A stretch of DNA of 64,000 nt, from the NCBI GenBank assembly GCA_025992705.1, contig DAJPGJ010000001.1:1553270-1617269 (forward strand), read 5' to 3'. This stretch comes from Coriobacteriaceae bacterium (GTDB taxonomy: Bacteria; Actinomycetota; Coriobacteriia; Coriobacteriales; QAMH01). The notes under the pieces are model-generated. The model was not told the origin of the DNA, did no database searches, and worked only from the letters and a program-made list of their open reading frames with translations. Shown piece by piece: positions 35,779 to 44,526 of the stretch (its first letter is position 1; each line of letters begins with the position of its first letter). The position numbers and the translations under genes were made by a program.

Positions 35779-35805
35779 GACAAAAGTCGCCGGGGCACTT
35801 TTGTC
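35779..35805 (-). terminator. stem-loop GACAAAAGT[gccccggcg]ACTTTTGTC abutting the stop codon of the HTH membrane protein gene
   Basis: It is the exact reverse complement of 27923..27949, so it has the same orientation relative to its upstream gene. Confidence 0.4.
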
Positions 35806-36690
35806 TTATTTACGGCGCTTCCTCCACCAATGCGAGAGCGCTCCGCAAAGCCAGCCCACGAGGGGAATCGTCAGGAACACCACCCACGCGGGATGCGGCT
35901 GCCCGCAGACGAACGCCATGTAGCAGAACCAGCAAATCGCGCCGACCACGTAGAGCGTGCAGAAGAACGCCGCGATGTGCTTGGCACCGAAAAGGCCGCC
36001 GAGCGCATAGTAGACGGGAATGGCGGCGATCAGGAACAGACCATAGCCCCATGCGTCGTACACGAGCCCAACTAATATATATGCGATGAGCACCACCAGC
36101 GGAAACGGAAATCGGTTCCACGCGCGCAGAAACAACGACCCCTTCTTGCCCGTGCCCATGTACGCGTTCGCATCGGCCAGGTTGTCGAACTCGCGGTCGT
36201 TGATGTGGACGCCATCCCAGCCCACGTGCACGTGGTCACCCTTCTTGCCATCGACGACGTTCACACCATCGCGCCAGTTGATGTGGACGTAGTCCTTGCC
36301 GTCCTCGACATGGATGCCATCGAAGCCTATATGGGTCGTGCCGTCGCCCTTGCGAGACGTGGCGTCGTCTTCGGCGGCGGCGTCACCATCGGCGTCGTCT
36401 TCGCCAGCACCCGCATCGAAACCGGGCTCACCGACAGCGTCCTCTTCCGCATCCTCTCCGCAAGCCGTATCAGCGTCGTTGCGTTCCACGTCCGTATACA
36501 GCAGATCGTCGAGCGAGACGTCGTAGAGGCGCGCCAGGGATATGAGGTTGTCCGTGTCGGGCGAAGACTCCGAGCACTCCCACTTGGAGACGGCCTGCCG
36601 CGAGACGCCGAGCTTCTCGGCAAGCTCCTCCTGCGTGAGGCCCGCCGCACGACGCCGGTCCGCCAGCCGCTTCGCGATATCTACATCCAT
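35806..36690 (-). CDS. XRE-family HTH protein with an acidic linker, G(F/W)DG(I/V)H repeats and a C-terminal multi-TM domain
   Basis: The HTH is LTQEELAEKLGVSRQAVSKWECSES. Three or four C-terminal TM helices are present. The start MDVDIAKRL has a GGAGAAAGGA RBS. Confidence 0.7.
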   Translation of the reverse strand: MDVDIAKRLADRRRAAGLTQEELAEKLGVSRQAVSKWECSESSPDTDNLISLARLYDVSLDDLLYTDVERNDADTACGEDAEEDAVGEPGFDAGAGEDDADGDAAAEDDATSRKGDGTTHIGFDGIHVEDGKDYVHINWRDGVNVVDGKKGDHVHVGWDGVHINDREFDNLADANAYMGTGKKGSLFLRAWNRFPFPLVVLIAYILVGLVYDAWGYGLFLIAAIPVYYALGGLFGAKHIAAFFCTLYVVGAICWFCYMAFVCGQPHPAWVVFLTIPLVGWLCGALSHWWRKRRK

Positions 36691-36854
36691 GTGCGTCCTT
36701 TCTCCTGCAAGCATGATAAGCCATGTCTGTTGGGGAAGTTACGGGAGAGCAGCTGGTTGCGCCAGCGATTCTAGTTGGAACTTCGCGCAATTATCGGTTG
36801 CGCGCATGCGTCTGAGCGGGGAAATGCGTGCGTGCTACGCGAAGGGCGAGGAGA

Positions 36855-36902
36855 GAGATTTCTCGACTGCGCAGCCTTCGGCTGCTTCGCTCGAAATGAC
36901 AG
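36855..36902. repeat. 48-nt palindromic repeat, copy 4 (intergenic)
   Basis: The sequence is GAGATTTCTCGACTGCGCAGCCTTCGGCTGCTTCGCTCGAAATGACAG. Confidence 0.9.
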
Positions 36903-37002
36903 GAGAGATGTGTGCACATTTGTCACACGACGTTTACAAAAGCCGCGGGGCACCCGTGTTAGAATCACGGCCAATACGCTCGCGATGGAAGGGACGTTCA
37001 TC

Positions 37003-38031
37003 ATGAAGGCACGGCGAATCATCGTCACGACGCTGGTCACGTTGGCCCTGGGTTGCTGTGTGGTCGGCCTCGGCGCTTGCGCATCGGGAGGCACGCCGAG
37101 TAACGGCGCCAACGGCGAAGGCGGAGCCCCCCTCACGGTGGCGGCCATGAAGGGCCCGACGGCCATCGGCATGGCCCATCTCATGCAGGAGCAAGACGCC
37201 TTGGCCGATGACGGCAAGAAACCGGCTTACGAATTCACGGTCGCGGCCACGGCCGATGAGCTCGTCCCACGCGTGGCGACTGGCGAATTCGACATCGCCT
37301 GCGTGCCCGCCAATCTCGCCGCCAGGCTCTACAAGCAGACCAACGGTGACATCCGCGTCATCGGCATCAACACGCTCGGCGTGCTCTACGGCATCTCCTA
37401 CGATGGCGCCGTCCAGAACCTCGACAACCTCGCCGGACGCACGGTCTACCTCACCGGCAAGGGCTCGGTTCCGGGCTATACCGTTGAGTATCTGCTGGAC
37501 AAGTCCGGGCTCTCCGATCGCGTCGCGCTCGAGTACGTCTCCGAGCCTTCCGAGGCGCTCGCCCGTCTCAACGCCGACCACACGACCGTCGCCATCGTGC
37601 CCGAACCCTTCGCGACCGCCTCGCTTGCCAAGGATGCCGATCTTGTCCGCGTACTCGACATGACCGCGCTGTGGGATGAGTCCTCCGCGGGCAAGGAGGA
37701 GCATGGTCGCTTCGTCACGGGCGTTACCGTGGCGAGAAGCGAGCTCATCGACAACGATCCCGAGAGCCTCGCCCGCTTCATGGACGCGTGGGGCGCCTCG
37801 GTGCAAGCGGGACTCGCGAACCCCTCCTCCATCGCCCAGACGCTCGTGGATTTCGGAATATTAGGCAACGCGTCTATCGCTGATGCGGCCGTACCGCGCT
37901 GCAACATCGTCTGCATACTCCACGAGCAGATGAAGGAGGACCTCTCGGGCTACTTGCAGGCGCTCTACGAGGCCGAGCCCTCCTCCATCGGCGGCGAACT
38001 CCCCGACGACGGCTTCTACTACATAGGCTAG
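37003..38031 (+). CDS. ABC-transporter substrate-binding lipoprotein (NMT1/SsuA-like)
   Basis: A lipobox LGAC follows the signal peptide. MKGPTAIGMAHLM and DIACVPANLAARLYKQTNG are present. Confidence 0.7.
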   Translation: MKARRIIVTTLVTLALGCCVVGLGACASGGTPSNGANGEGGAPLTVAAMKGPTAIGMAHLMQEQDALADDGKKPAYEFTVAATADELVPRVATGEFDIACVPANLAARLYKQTNGDIRVIGINTLGVLYGISYDGAVQNLDNLAGRTVYLTGKGSVPGYTVEYLLDKSGLSDRVALEYVSEPSEALARLNADHTTVAIVPEPFATASLAKDADLVRVLDMTALWDESSAGKEEHGRFVTGVTVARSELIDNDPESLARFMDAWGASVQAGLANPSSIAQTLVDFGILGNASIADAAVPRCNIVCILHEQMKEDLSGYLQALYEAEPSSIGGELPDDGFYYIG

Positions 38032-38041
38032 CGGGCTTCCC

Positions 38042-39478
38042 GTGGGCAACGACCACCAGACGCGCAATCGACGCTCCCCCGCCGCCTTCGCGAAGAGGGC
38101 TCTGGCCGTCATCGCCTGGCTCGTCATCTGGCAGCTCATCGCGGCCGCCCTCGGCAATCCCTGGCTGCTCAGCGGCCCGGTCGAGACCGCGCAGACATGG
38201 GGTCAGCTCGTGCTCACCGCGAGCTTCTGGCAGGCGGTCGCCTCCTCGATCGCGCGCATCGCGATTGGCTACGGCATCGCCTTCGTCGCCGGCTGCGTCC
38301 TGGGATACCTGGCCGCGAAGCTCCCCGGCCTGCGCATCTTCCTCAAACCCGCCATCCTCGTCGTCAAGAGCGCACCGGTCGTCTGCGTCATCGCGCTGCT
38401 GCTCGTCGCGGCGGGATCGCACGTGACCACCGCCATCGTGGTCGGACTCGTCGTCTTTCCGCAGTTCTACCATGCGGTCATGGAGGCGTCGCTTTCCCGT
38501 GACAGCGAGGTCGACAAGGTCCTGGACGTCTTTGGCGTACCGGCCATGCGGCGGGCGCTGTGCGTGGAACTCGTCGCCTTCGGCACCTCCGTACGAGCCG
38601 CGACGGCAACGGCCGCAGGTCTGGCCTGGAAGTCCGGCGTGGCTGCCGAGCTCATCGGCCTGCCGGGCATCTCGATTGGCGAGGGCGTGTACCTGGCGAA
38701 GATCTCGTTGGACAGCGCCTCGATCATCGCCTGGACGGCGACGGTCATCGTGCTGAGCTGGCTGTCCGAAAAGCTCCTGGTCAAGCTCGTGGACGCGATC
38801 GTGAAACTGCCGAGACGTTGGCTGACCGCACGGGTGCGCACGGCCATGGCCGCAAAGGGCGCCGATGCGCCGGTGGCCACGGCGCCGACGGGCCTGCGCA
38901 TCGAGGGGCTCGCATGCGTCTACGACACCGAGGGCAGTACTCCCCTGTGTCTGGACTACGAGGACCTGACCATGGCCGCCGGCGCGCGCCTGTGCGTGAT
39001 GGCGCCATCCGGTGCCGGCAAAACCACCCTGCTGTCCATGGTGGCCGGCATCAAGCGACCCAGCGCGGGCGCCATCGCCCATGATGACGGGCAGACACCG
39101 GCCATGGCTACGGTGCTGCAGGACTGCACGCTGCTACCCTGGGCCTCGGCCCTCGAGAACATCGCGCTCGTGGCAAAGGACGTCTCCGAGATACGCCGCG
39201 GCGCGCATCTATGCCGCACGATGCTCGACGAGGAGGCGCTGGCCAAGCCGTCACGCGCGCTTTCGGGCGGCATGCGCCGTCGCGCCGAGCTCGCCCGCGC
39301 CCTGGCCCATCCCAGCTCGCTCGTCATCCTCGACGAGCCCTTCGCCGGACTTGACGAGGCGACGAAGGAACGCTGCACGCGGGTTATCGACGATGAGCTG
39401 GATGGCCGCACCCTCATCATCGCCACGCACGACGAGAAGGACGCACGGGCACTGGGCTGCGACATCGTGAGGCTGTAG
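38042..39478 (+). CDS. fused ABC permease-ATPase
   Basis: An N-terminal 6-TM permease is followed by Walker A APSGAGKTTLL, the signature LSGGMRRR and Walker B LVILDEP. Confidence 0.75.
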   Translation: MGNDHQTRNRRSPAAFAKRALAVIAWLVIWQLIAAALGNPWLLSGPVETAQTWGQLVLTASFWQAVASSIARIAIGYGIAFVAGCVLGYLAAKLPGLRIFLKPAILVVKSAPVVCVIALLLVAAGSHVTTAIVVGLVVFPQFYHAVMEASLSRDSEVDKVLDVFGVPAMRRALCVELVAFGTSVRAATATAAGLAWKSGVAAELIGLPGISIGEGVYLAKISLDSASIIAWTATVIVLSWLSEKLLVKLVDAIVKLPRRWLTARVRTAMAAKGADAPVATAPTGLRIEGLACVYDTEGSTPLCLDYEDLTMAAGARLCVMAPSGAGKTTLLSMVAGIKRPSAGAIAHDDGQTPAMATVLQDCTLLPWASALENIALVAKDVSEIRRGAHLCRTMLDEEALAKPSRALSGGMRRRAELARALAHPSSLVILDEPFAGLDEATKERCTRVIDDELDGRTLIIATHDEKDARALGCDIVRL

Positions 39479-39531
39479 GCGCGAGAGGGCCGTCGCGCCA
39501 GGGATTCAAACCGACGCGCGTAGCCATCAGC

Positions 39532-39753
39532 CCGCAAAACGTGGCGCAACAGGCGATGAATGCCCAAAACTGCGCCCTCGTGGCTGCCCGGTGCCAAGTC
39601 CTGCGGTCACATGACAGCAAAACGCGGCGCAACGCCGGGGCGCGCAGCCACCCAACCGCAAAACGTGGCACGGCAGGTGATAGCTGCCCAAAATTGTGTC
39701 CCCGTGGCCGTCCGGTGCCAAGTCCTGCGGTCACATGACAGCAAAACGCGGCG
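39532..39753. repeat. tandem direct repeat, about 1.8 units of 124 bp, carrying four copies of GCAAAACG(T/C)GGC
   Basis: CCGGTGCCAAGTCCTGCGGTCACATGACAGCAAAACGCGGCG recurs exactly at 39588 and 39712. Confidence 0.85.
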
Positions 39754-39948
39754 AGATGCCAATGAGGTGGTGACTCTGAGTTGCTGCCTCGCTTTTCATC
39801 CTCGGGGCATGATGACCATGCACACTGTTTACGTTAGATTGAGTGCGCGTTGCGTATGTGCCTAATCCCATCTGCATTGTTAACGTAATCGTTACATTCG
39901 TACGCTAGCATTTACGCACTTGTCTATAGCTCCGGGAGGAAGAGCCTT

Positions 39949-41814
39949 ATGACGCTAATGGAAATCGAACGCCCGACGGCAGCGCATGCCGTCATGGAGG
40001 ATGTGTGCGACACGATCGCGCGCAGGGCGCAGTCCGGATCGGTGGGCACCTGCCCCGTCGAGCTCACGGACGCGTTCGTCAGCCTATCCGCCTCGCAATC
40101 TTGCGGCAAGTGCGTCCCCTGCCGCGTGGGACTTGCCCAGATGCGCAACCTCGTGGAGGCCATCCTCGACGGGCGCGCGAACGAGCGCGACATCGACGTG
40201 CTCGAACGCACCGCACGTAGCGCCTACCTGAGTGCCGACTGCGCCATCGGCTACGAGGCCGGTGCCATGGTGCTGCGGGCCGTGAAGGGCTTCCGCGACG
40301 ACTTCGTCTCCCACGCCACGCAGGGTCGTTGCACGGCCGGCGCGCGCAACGCCGTGCCCTGCCGCGCGGCATGCCCCGCGCACGTCGACATTCCCGGCTA
40401 CGTCGCCCTGGTCCACGCGGGCCGCTACGACGACGCCGTGCGCCTCATCCGCAAGGACAACCCATTCCCGCTTGCCTGCGGCCTCATCTGCGAGCATCCC
40501 TGCGAGCTCGCATGCAGACGCGGCGTGGTGGACGACGCCATCAACATCCGCGCCCTCAAGCGCTATGCGGTGGATAACGCGTCCGAAATGTTCGAACTCG
40601 ACTCCGACGGCACACCCGCCGAGCCCTCGAAGCCCTTCCACTACCCCGCCACCGGCAAGCGCGTCGCCGTCATCGGCGGCGGCCCGGCCGGCCTCACCGC
40701 CGCGTACTACCTCGCGCTCATGGGGCACTCCCCCGTCGTGTTCGAGCAGCGCGAGCATCTGGGCGGCATGATGCGCTACGGCATTCCCGCCTATCGCTTC
40801 CCGCGTCCCGAGCTCGAGCGCGAGGTCGACTGGATCGTCTCGCAGGGCATCGAGCTGCACATGGGCACGACCGTTCCCAACGACGTGACCCTGGGCGAGC
40901 TGCGCCGCGACTTCGACGCCGTCTACATCGCCATCGGAGCGCATAACGAGAAGACGCTCGGCATCGAGGGCGAAAACGCCGAGGGCGTGCTCTCGGCCGT
41001 CGAGATGCTGCGTGCCATTGGCGACGGCTTCATGCACGACTTCGCCGGCCAGCGCATCGTCGTCGTGGGTGGCGGCAACGTGGCCATGGACGTGGCCCGC
41101 ACCTCGCTACGCCTGGGCGCCGAGTCCGTCACCGTGGTCTACCGCCGGCGCATCGAGGACATGACGGCGCAGCGCGAGGAGATCGACGGCGCCATCGCCG
41201 AAGGCTGCGAGATCATGGAACTCGCCGCTCCGCTACGCGTCATCGAGAAGGATGGCTGCGTCACGGGCCTCGAGGTCCAGCCCCAGATCATCGGGCAGTT
41301 CGACCGCGGACGCCCCAAGCCCATCAAGGCCGACAAACCGCCCCAGACGATCGAATGCGACCGCGTGCTCATGGCCGTGGGCCAGGCCGTCGGCGCGTCC
41401 GAGCTGGGAAGCGAGGAGCTGCCGGTCGAATGGGGCAAGGTCGTGACCAGTCCGTTCGGCCAGGTCGAGGGCATGGAAGGCGTGTTCTGCGGAGGCGACT
41501 GCGAGAGCGGTCCGGCAACGGTCATCCGCGCCATCGCCGCCGGCAAGGCCGCCGCGCGCAACATCGACGAGTTCCTCGGCTACGACCACGTCATCGAAAC
41601 CGACGTGGAGGTTCCCGACGCCCGTGCCACCGACCGCATGCCCTGCGGCCGCTCCAACACGACCGAGCGAAGCGCCGAGGCACGCCGCCGCGACTTCGCG
41701 ATGATGGAACGCGGCCTCACCGACCAGGAAGCTGCCCAAGAGTCCAACCGCTGCCTGCGCTGCGACAAGTTCGGCCTAGGCGCGTTTCGTGGAGGGAGGG
41801 AGTTCTCATGGTAA
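39949..41814 (+). CDS. NAD(P)H-oxidoreductase subunit: NuoF-type Fe-S domain fused to a glutamate-synthase small-chain (GltD)-like flavoprotein
   Basis: SCGKCVPCRVG is NuoF-like. CPAHVDIPGY, CEHPCELACRRG and the dinucleotide fold VAVIGGGPAGLTAAYYL are present. Confidence 0.8.
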   Translation: MTLMEIERPTAAHAVMEDVCDTIARRAQSGSVGTCPVELTDAFVSLSASQSCGKCVPCRVGLAQMRNLVEAILDGRANERDIDVLERTARSAYLSADCAIGYEAGAMVLRAVKGFRDDFVSHATQGRCTAGARNAVPCRAACPAHVDIPGYVALVHAGRYDDAVRLIRKDNPFPLACGLICEHPCELACRRGVVDDAINIRALKRYAVDNASEMFELDSDGTPAEPSKPFHYPATGKRVAVIGGGPAGLTAAYYLALMGHSPVVFEQREHLGGMMRYGIPAYRFPRPELEREVDWIVSQGIELHMGTTVPNDVTLGELRRDFDAVYIAIGAHNEKTLGIEGENAEGVLSAVEMLRAIGDGFMHDFAGQRIVVVGGGNVAMDVARTSLRLGAESVTVVYRRRIEDMTAQREEIDGAIAEGCEIMELAAPLRVIEKDGCVTGLEVQPQIIGQFDRGRPKPIKADKPPQTIECDRVLMAVGQAVGASELGSEELPVEWGKVVTSPFGQVEGMEGVFCGGDCESGPATVIRAIAAGKAAARNIDEFLGYDHVIETDVEVPDARATDRMPCGRSNTTERSAEARRRDFAMMERGLTDQEAAQESNRCLRCDKFGLGAFRGGREFSW

Positions 41815-43673
41815 ACGTAACGGTCAACGGAACGCCCGTCGCGCTCCCGGAAGGTTCCAAGATCATCGAGGCGGTCTTCGCCTCGGGCAACTACGTGCCC
41901 ACGCTCTGCGGGCTCGAGGGCATAAGCGACATCGGCGCGTGCCGCGTGTGCGTCGTCGAGGTCGAGGGCATCGAGCGCCTCGTGCCCGCCTGCAACACCG
42001 CGCTCGAGGAGGGCATGGTCATCCGCACCGACACCCCGCGCGTGCTCGAGGCACGCCGCGTCAACGTCTCGTTGTTGCTTTCCCAGCATGACGTGCAATG
42101 CGCGACCTGCGTGCGCAACGGCAACTGCGTGCTGCAGGACCTCGCGCAGGACCTCAACATCCTCGACGTCCCCTACGAGAAGGAACCGACCTTCACGCCC
42201 TGGGACAAGAGCTTCCCGCTCATCCGCGACAGCTCGAAGTGCGTGCGCTGCCTGCGCTGCGTGCAGGTGTGCCACAAGGTGCAGGGCTGCGACGTATGGG
42301 ACATCAAGAACCGCGCGACGCGCCTGGACGTGGGCGTGCGCGACGGACTGCCCATCGAGGAGGCCGGTTGCACGCTCTGCGGCCAGTGCATCACCCACTG
42401 CCCCACCGGTGCGCTGCGTGCCCGCGACGACATCGATGCCGTGCTCGAGGCGCTCGCCGACCCGGACGTGGTATGCGCGGTGCAGGTCGCCCCGGCGGTG
42501 CGCACGTCGTGGGGCGAGACGCTCGACCTGCCAGCAGAGCTCGCGACCGAGGGACGCCTGGCGGCCACCTTCCGCGCGCTCGGCTTCGACTACGTCTTCG
42601 ACACGAACTTCGGCGCCGACATGACGATCATGGAGGAGGGCAGCGAGCTGCTCGAGCGCCTGGATGGCCAGGGCACCATGCCCATGTTCACGTCATGCTG
42701 CCCGGGCTGGGTGCGCTACCTCAAGATCAAGCATCCCGACAAGCTCGCCCATCTCTCGAGCGCCAAGTCGCCGCAGCAGATGTTCGGCGCGCTGCTCAAG
42801 GAGTACGTCGGTCCCAAGCTCGGCATGGTGCCGCCCAAGGAGGGCACCCACGTGCTCGAAGGCGTACGCGAGGGTGCGGGCCTGGGCATCGGCGTGGACA
42901 CCAACCCCGTCGGCACCGGCGCCAATGACGACGCATCCGTGGCGGCAGCCGGCGAGACGGGCTTCGCGACGTCGGCGCCGATGGGCACGCGCATCTTCAA
43001 CGTGTCGTGCATGCCGTGCGTGGCCAAGAAGTACGAGGCCGCCGTCGAGGAGATGGTGCGCGAGACCGAACCCGACGTCGACGCGGTGCTCACCGTGCGC
43101 GAGCTCGGCAGGCTCATCCGCCTCATGCACGTCAACATCGCCGCGCTTGACGAGACGTCCTTCGACGACCCGATGAACGAGGGTTCCGGTGCCGCCGTGA
43201 TCTTCGGCGCAACCGGCGGCGTCATGGAAGCCGCGCTGCGCAGCGCCTACTATCTCGTCAACGGAACCAACCCCGACCCCGATGCCTTCACCGAGGTGCG
43301 TGGCCTGGACGGTTGGAAGGAGAAGACCTTCGACCTTGGCGGCAGCGAGGTGCGCATCGCGGTGGCAAGCGGCCTGGCGAATGCCGAGAAGCTCTTGGCG
43401 GCCATCGATGCCGGCGAGGTCGAGTACGACTTCGTCGAGGTCATGGCGTGCCCGGGCGGATGCGCCGGCGGAGGCGGACAGCCCATCCACGAGGCACGCG
43501 AGATGGCAGGCGAGCGCGGCCGGACGCTCTACGCACTGGACCGCACGCGTCCGACGCGCTTTAGCCACGAGAACCCCAACGTGGCCACGTGCTACGAGGA
43601 GTTCCTGGGCGAGCCGCTCTCGCATCTGGCCCACGATCTGCTCCACACCGACCAGGAGCAGTGGACGCTGTAG
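41808..43673 (+). CDS. hydA: [FeFe]-hydrogenase catalytic subunit (group A architecture)
   Basis: An N-terminal 2Fe-2S and F-clusters are present, with H-cluster motifs FTSCCPGW, MPCVAKKYE and EVMACPGGCAGGGGQP. The ATG at 41808 has the RBS GGAGGGAGGGAG. The tracked ORF from 41355 is an over-extension. Confidence 0.85.
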   Translation: MVNVTVNGTPVALPEGSKIIEAVFASGNYVPTLCGLEGISDIGACRVCVVEVEGIERLVPACNTALEEGMVIRTDTPRVLEARRVNVSLLLSQHDVQCATCVRNGNCVLQDLAQDLNILDVPYEKEPTFTPWDKSFPLIRDSSKCVRCLRCVQVCHKVQGCDVWDIKNRATRLDVGVRDGLPIEEAGCTLCGQCITHCPTGALRARDDIDAVLEALADPDVVCAVQVAPAVRTSWGETLDLPAELATEGRLAATFRALGFDYVFDTNFGADMTIMEEGSELLERLDGQGTMPMFTSCCPGWVRYLKIKHPDKLAHLSSAKSPQQMFGALLKEYVGPKLGMVPPKEGTHVLEGVREGAGLGIGVDTNPVGTGANDDASVAAAGETGFATSAPMGTRIFNVSCMPCVAKKYEAAVEEMVRETEPDVDAVLTVRELGRLIRLMHVNIAALDETSFDDPMNEGSGAAVIFGATGGVMEAALRSAYYLVNGTNPDPDAFTEVRGLDGWKEKTFDLGGSEVRIAVASGLANAEKLLAAIDAGEVEYDFVEVMACPGGCAGGGGQPIHEAREMAGERGRTLYALDRTRPTRFSHENPNVATCYEEFLGEPLSHLAHDLLHTDQEQWTL

Positions 43674-43716
43674 AGGCTCGGAGCTCTCAAATTACGATTG
43701 CGCGCGCAAAAACCGC

Positions 43717-43847
43717 GGAAGTCTAGGATGCGAATACGCCACGGACGAGCCGCACGCGCAAAAACCACGGAAGTCTAGGATTTGAGCACGGGAATCCTAG
43801 ACTTCCGTCATATATGCGCTCGGAGCTCCCGCGAATCCTAGACTTTC
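43717..43847. repeat. cluster of four copies (two direct, two inverted) of GGAAGTCTAGGAT, including a 13-bp-stem hairpin at 43769..43806
   Basis: The copies lie at 43717, 43769, 43794 (inverted) and 43835 (inverted, one mismatch). Confidence 0.85.
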
Positions 43848-43904
43848 GCGAAAAGTGCGCATGGCAGGGGCGCGATGACGCGTCGGCGGGTACAATATAC
43901 AGCG

Positions 43905-44060
43905 AATTGGCTTACGGGCCGCCTCCGATAGGCGGTGCCTCGTAGAGGCCTCGGGGAATGCGGGTGCAAATCCCGCGCTATACCAGTAACCGTAAGGCGC
44001 CGCATGCGTGCGGCCGAAGTCGGACTACCGAGCCATGACCGAAAGCCCTGGATGAAAGAG
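43905..44060 (+). ncRNA. cobalamin (B12) riboswitch
   Basis: GGGAAUGCGGGUGCAAAUCCCGCGCU...CCGUAAGG and the B12-box-like GAAGUCGGACUACCGAGCC are present. A TACAAT box sits at 43891. B12-uptake-type genes lie downstream. The boundaries are approximate. Confidence 0.65.
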
Positions 44061-44067
44061 GTCTATC

Positions 44068-44517
44068 ATGAAACGTCTTTTTGCATGCATTGCCGCCTGC
44101 GCGCTCTTCGCCTCGCTGGCACTTGCCGGTTGTGGCTCGAATGCCCCGGCATCGTCGAGCGCGGCGAGCACGCAAGGCTCCTCCGCCGCCGCGGCGGCGA
44201 GCCAACAGGCTGACCAGCCCGGTGAGCTCATCGAGACCAAGGCGACGATTACGGATGCCGACGGAAACACCACGAGCTACACCGTCCAGATACCGGCAGC
44301 CGATGCGACGGCGCTTGCCGTGCTCGAGGCAACCGATGCCGAAGTCGCCACCGAGAACAGCCAGTACGGCACGTACATCACCGCCATCAACGGCATCGCG
44401 GCCGAGGGCAATTCGGGTTGGGTCTACACGGTCAACGGCGAGCAGGTCATGGAAGCCGTCGACGTCTGTCCCGTGGCAGCCGGTGATACCGTGGAGTTCT
44501 CCTTCATCACGATGTAG
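44068..44517 (+). CDS. DUF4430 (transcobalamin-like) lipoprotein
   Basis: A lipobox LAGC is present, and the C-terminus reads YGTYITAINGIAAEGNSGWVYTVNGE. Confidence 0.7.
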   Translation: MKRLFACIAACALFASLALAGCGSNAPASSSAASTQGSSAAAAASQQADQPGELIETKATITDADGNTTSYTVQIPAADATALAVLEATDAEVATENSQYGTYITAINGIAAEGNSGWVYTVNGEQVMEAVDVCPVAAGDTVEFSFITM

Positions 44518-44526
44518 CGCACGCGC

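Noticed and set aside
36715-37002. A TPP or other riboswitch upstream of the NMT1-like substrate-binding protein gene.
   Set aside because: I looked for the CUGAGA / ACCUGAUCUGGAUAAUGCCAGCG thi-box core and did not find it. The region is instead occupied by copy 4 of the 48-nt repeat.
39532-39753. A possible CRISPR array.
   Set aside because: There are fewer than two full units of a 124-bp tandem repeat, with no alternating unique spacers, no short palindromic 28-37-nt repeat unit and no cas genes in the window.
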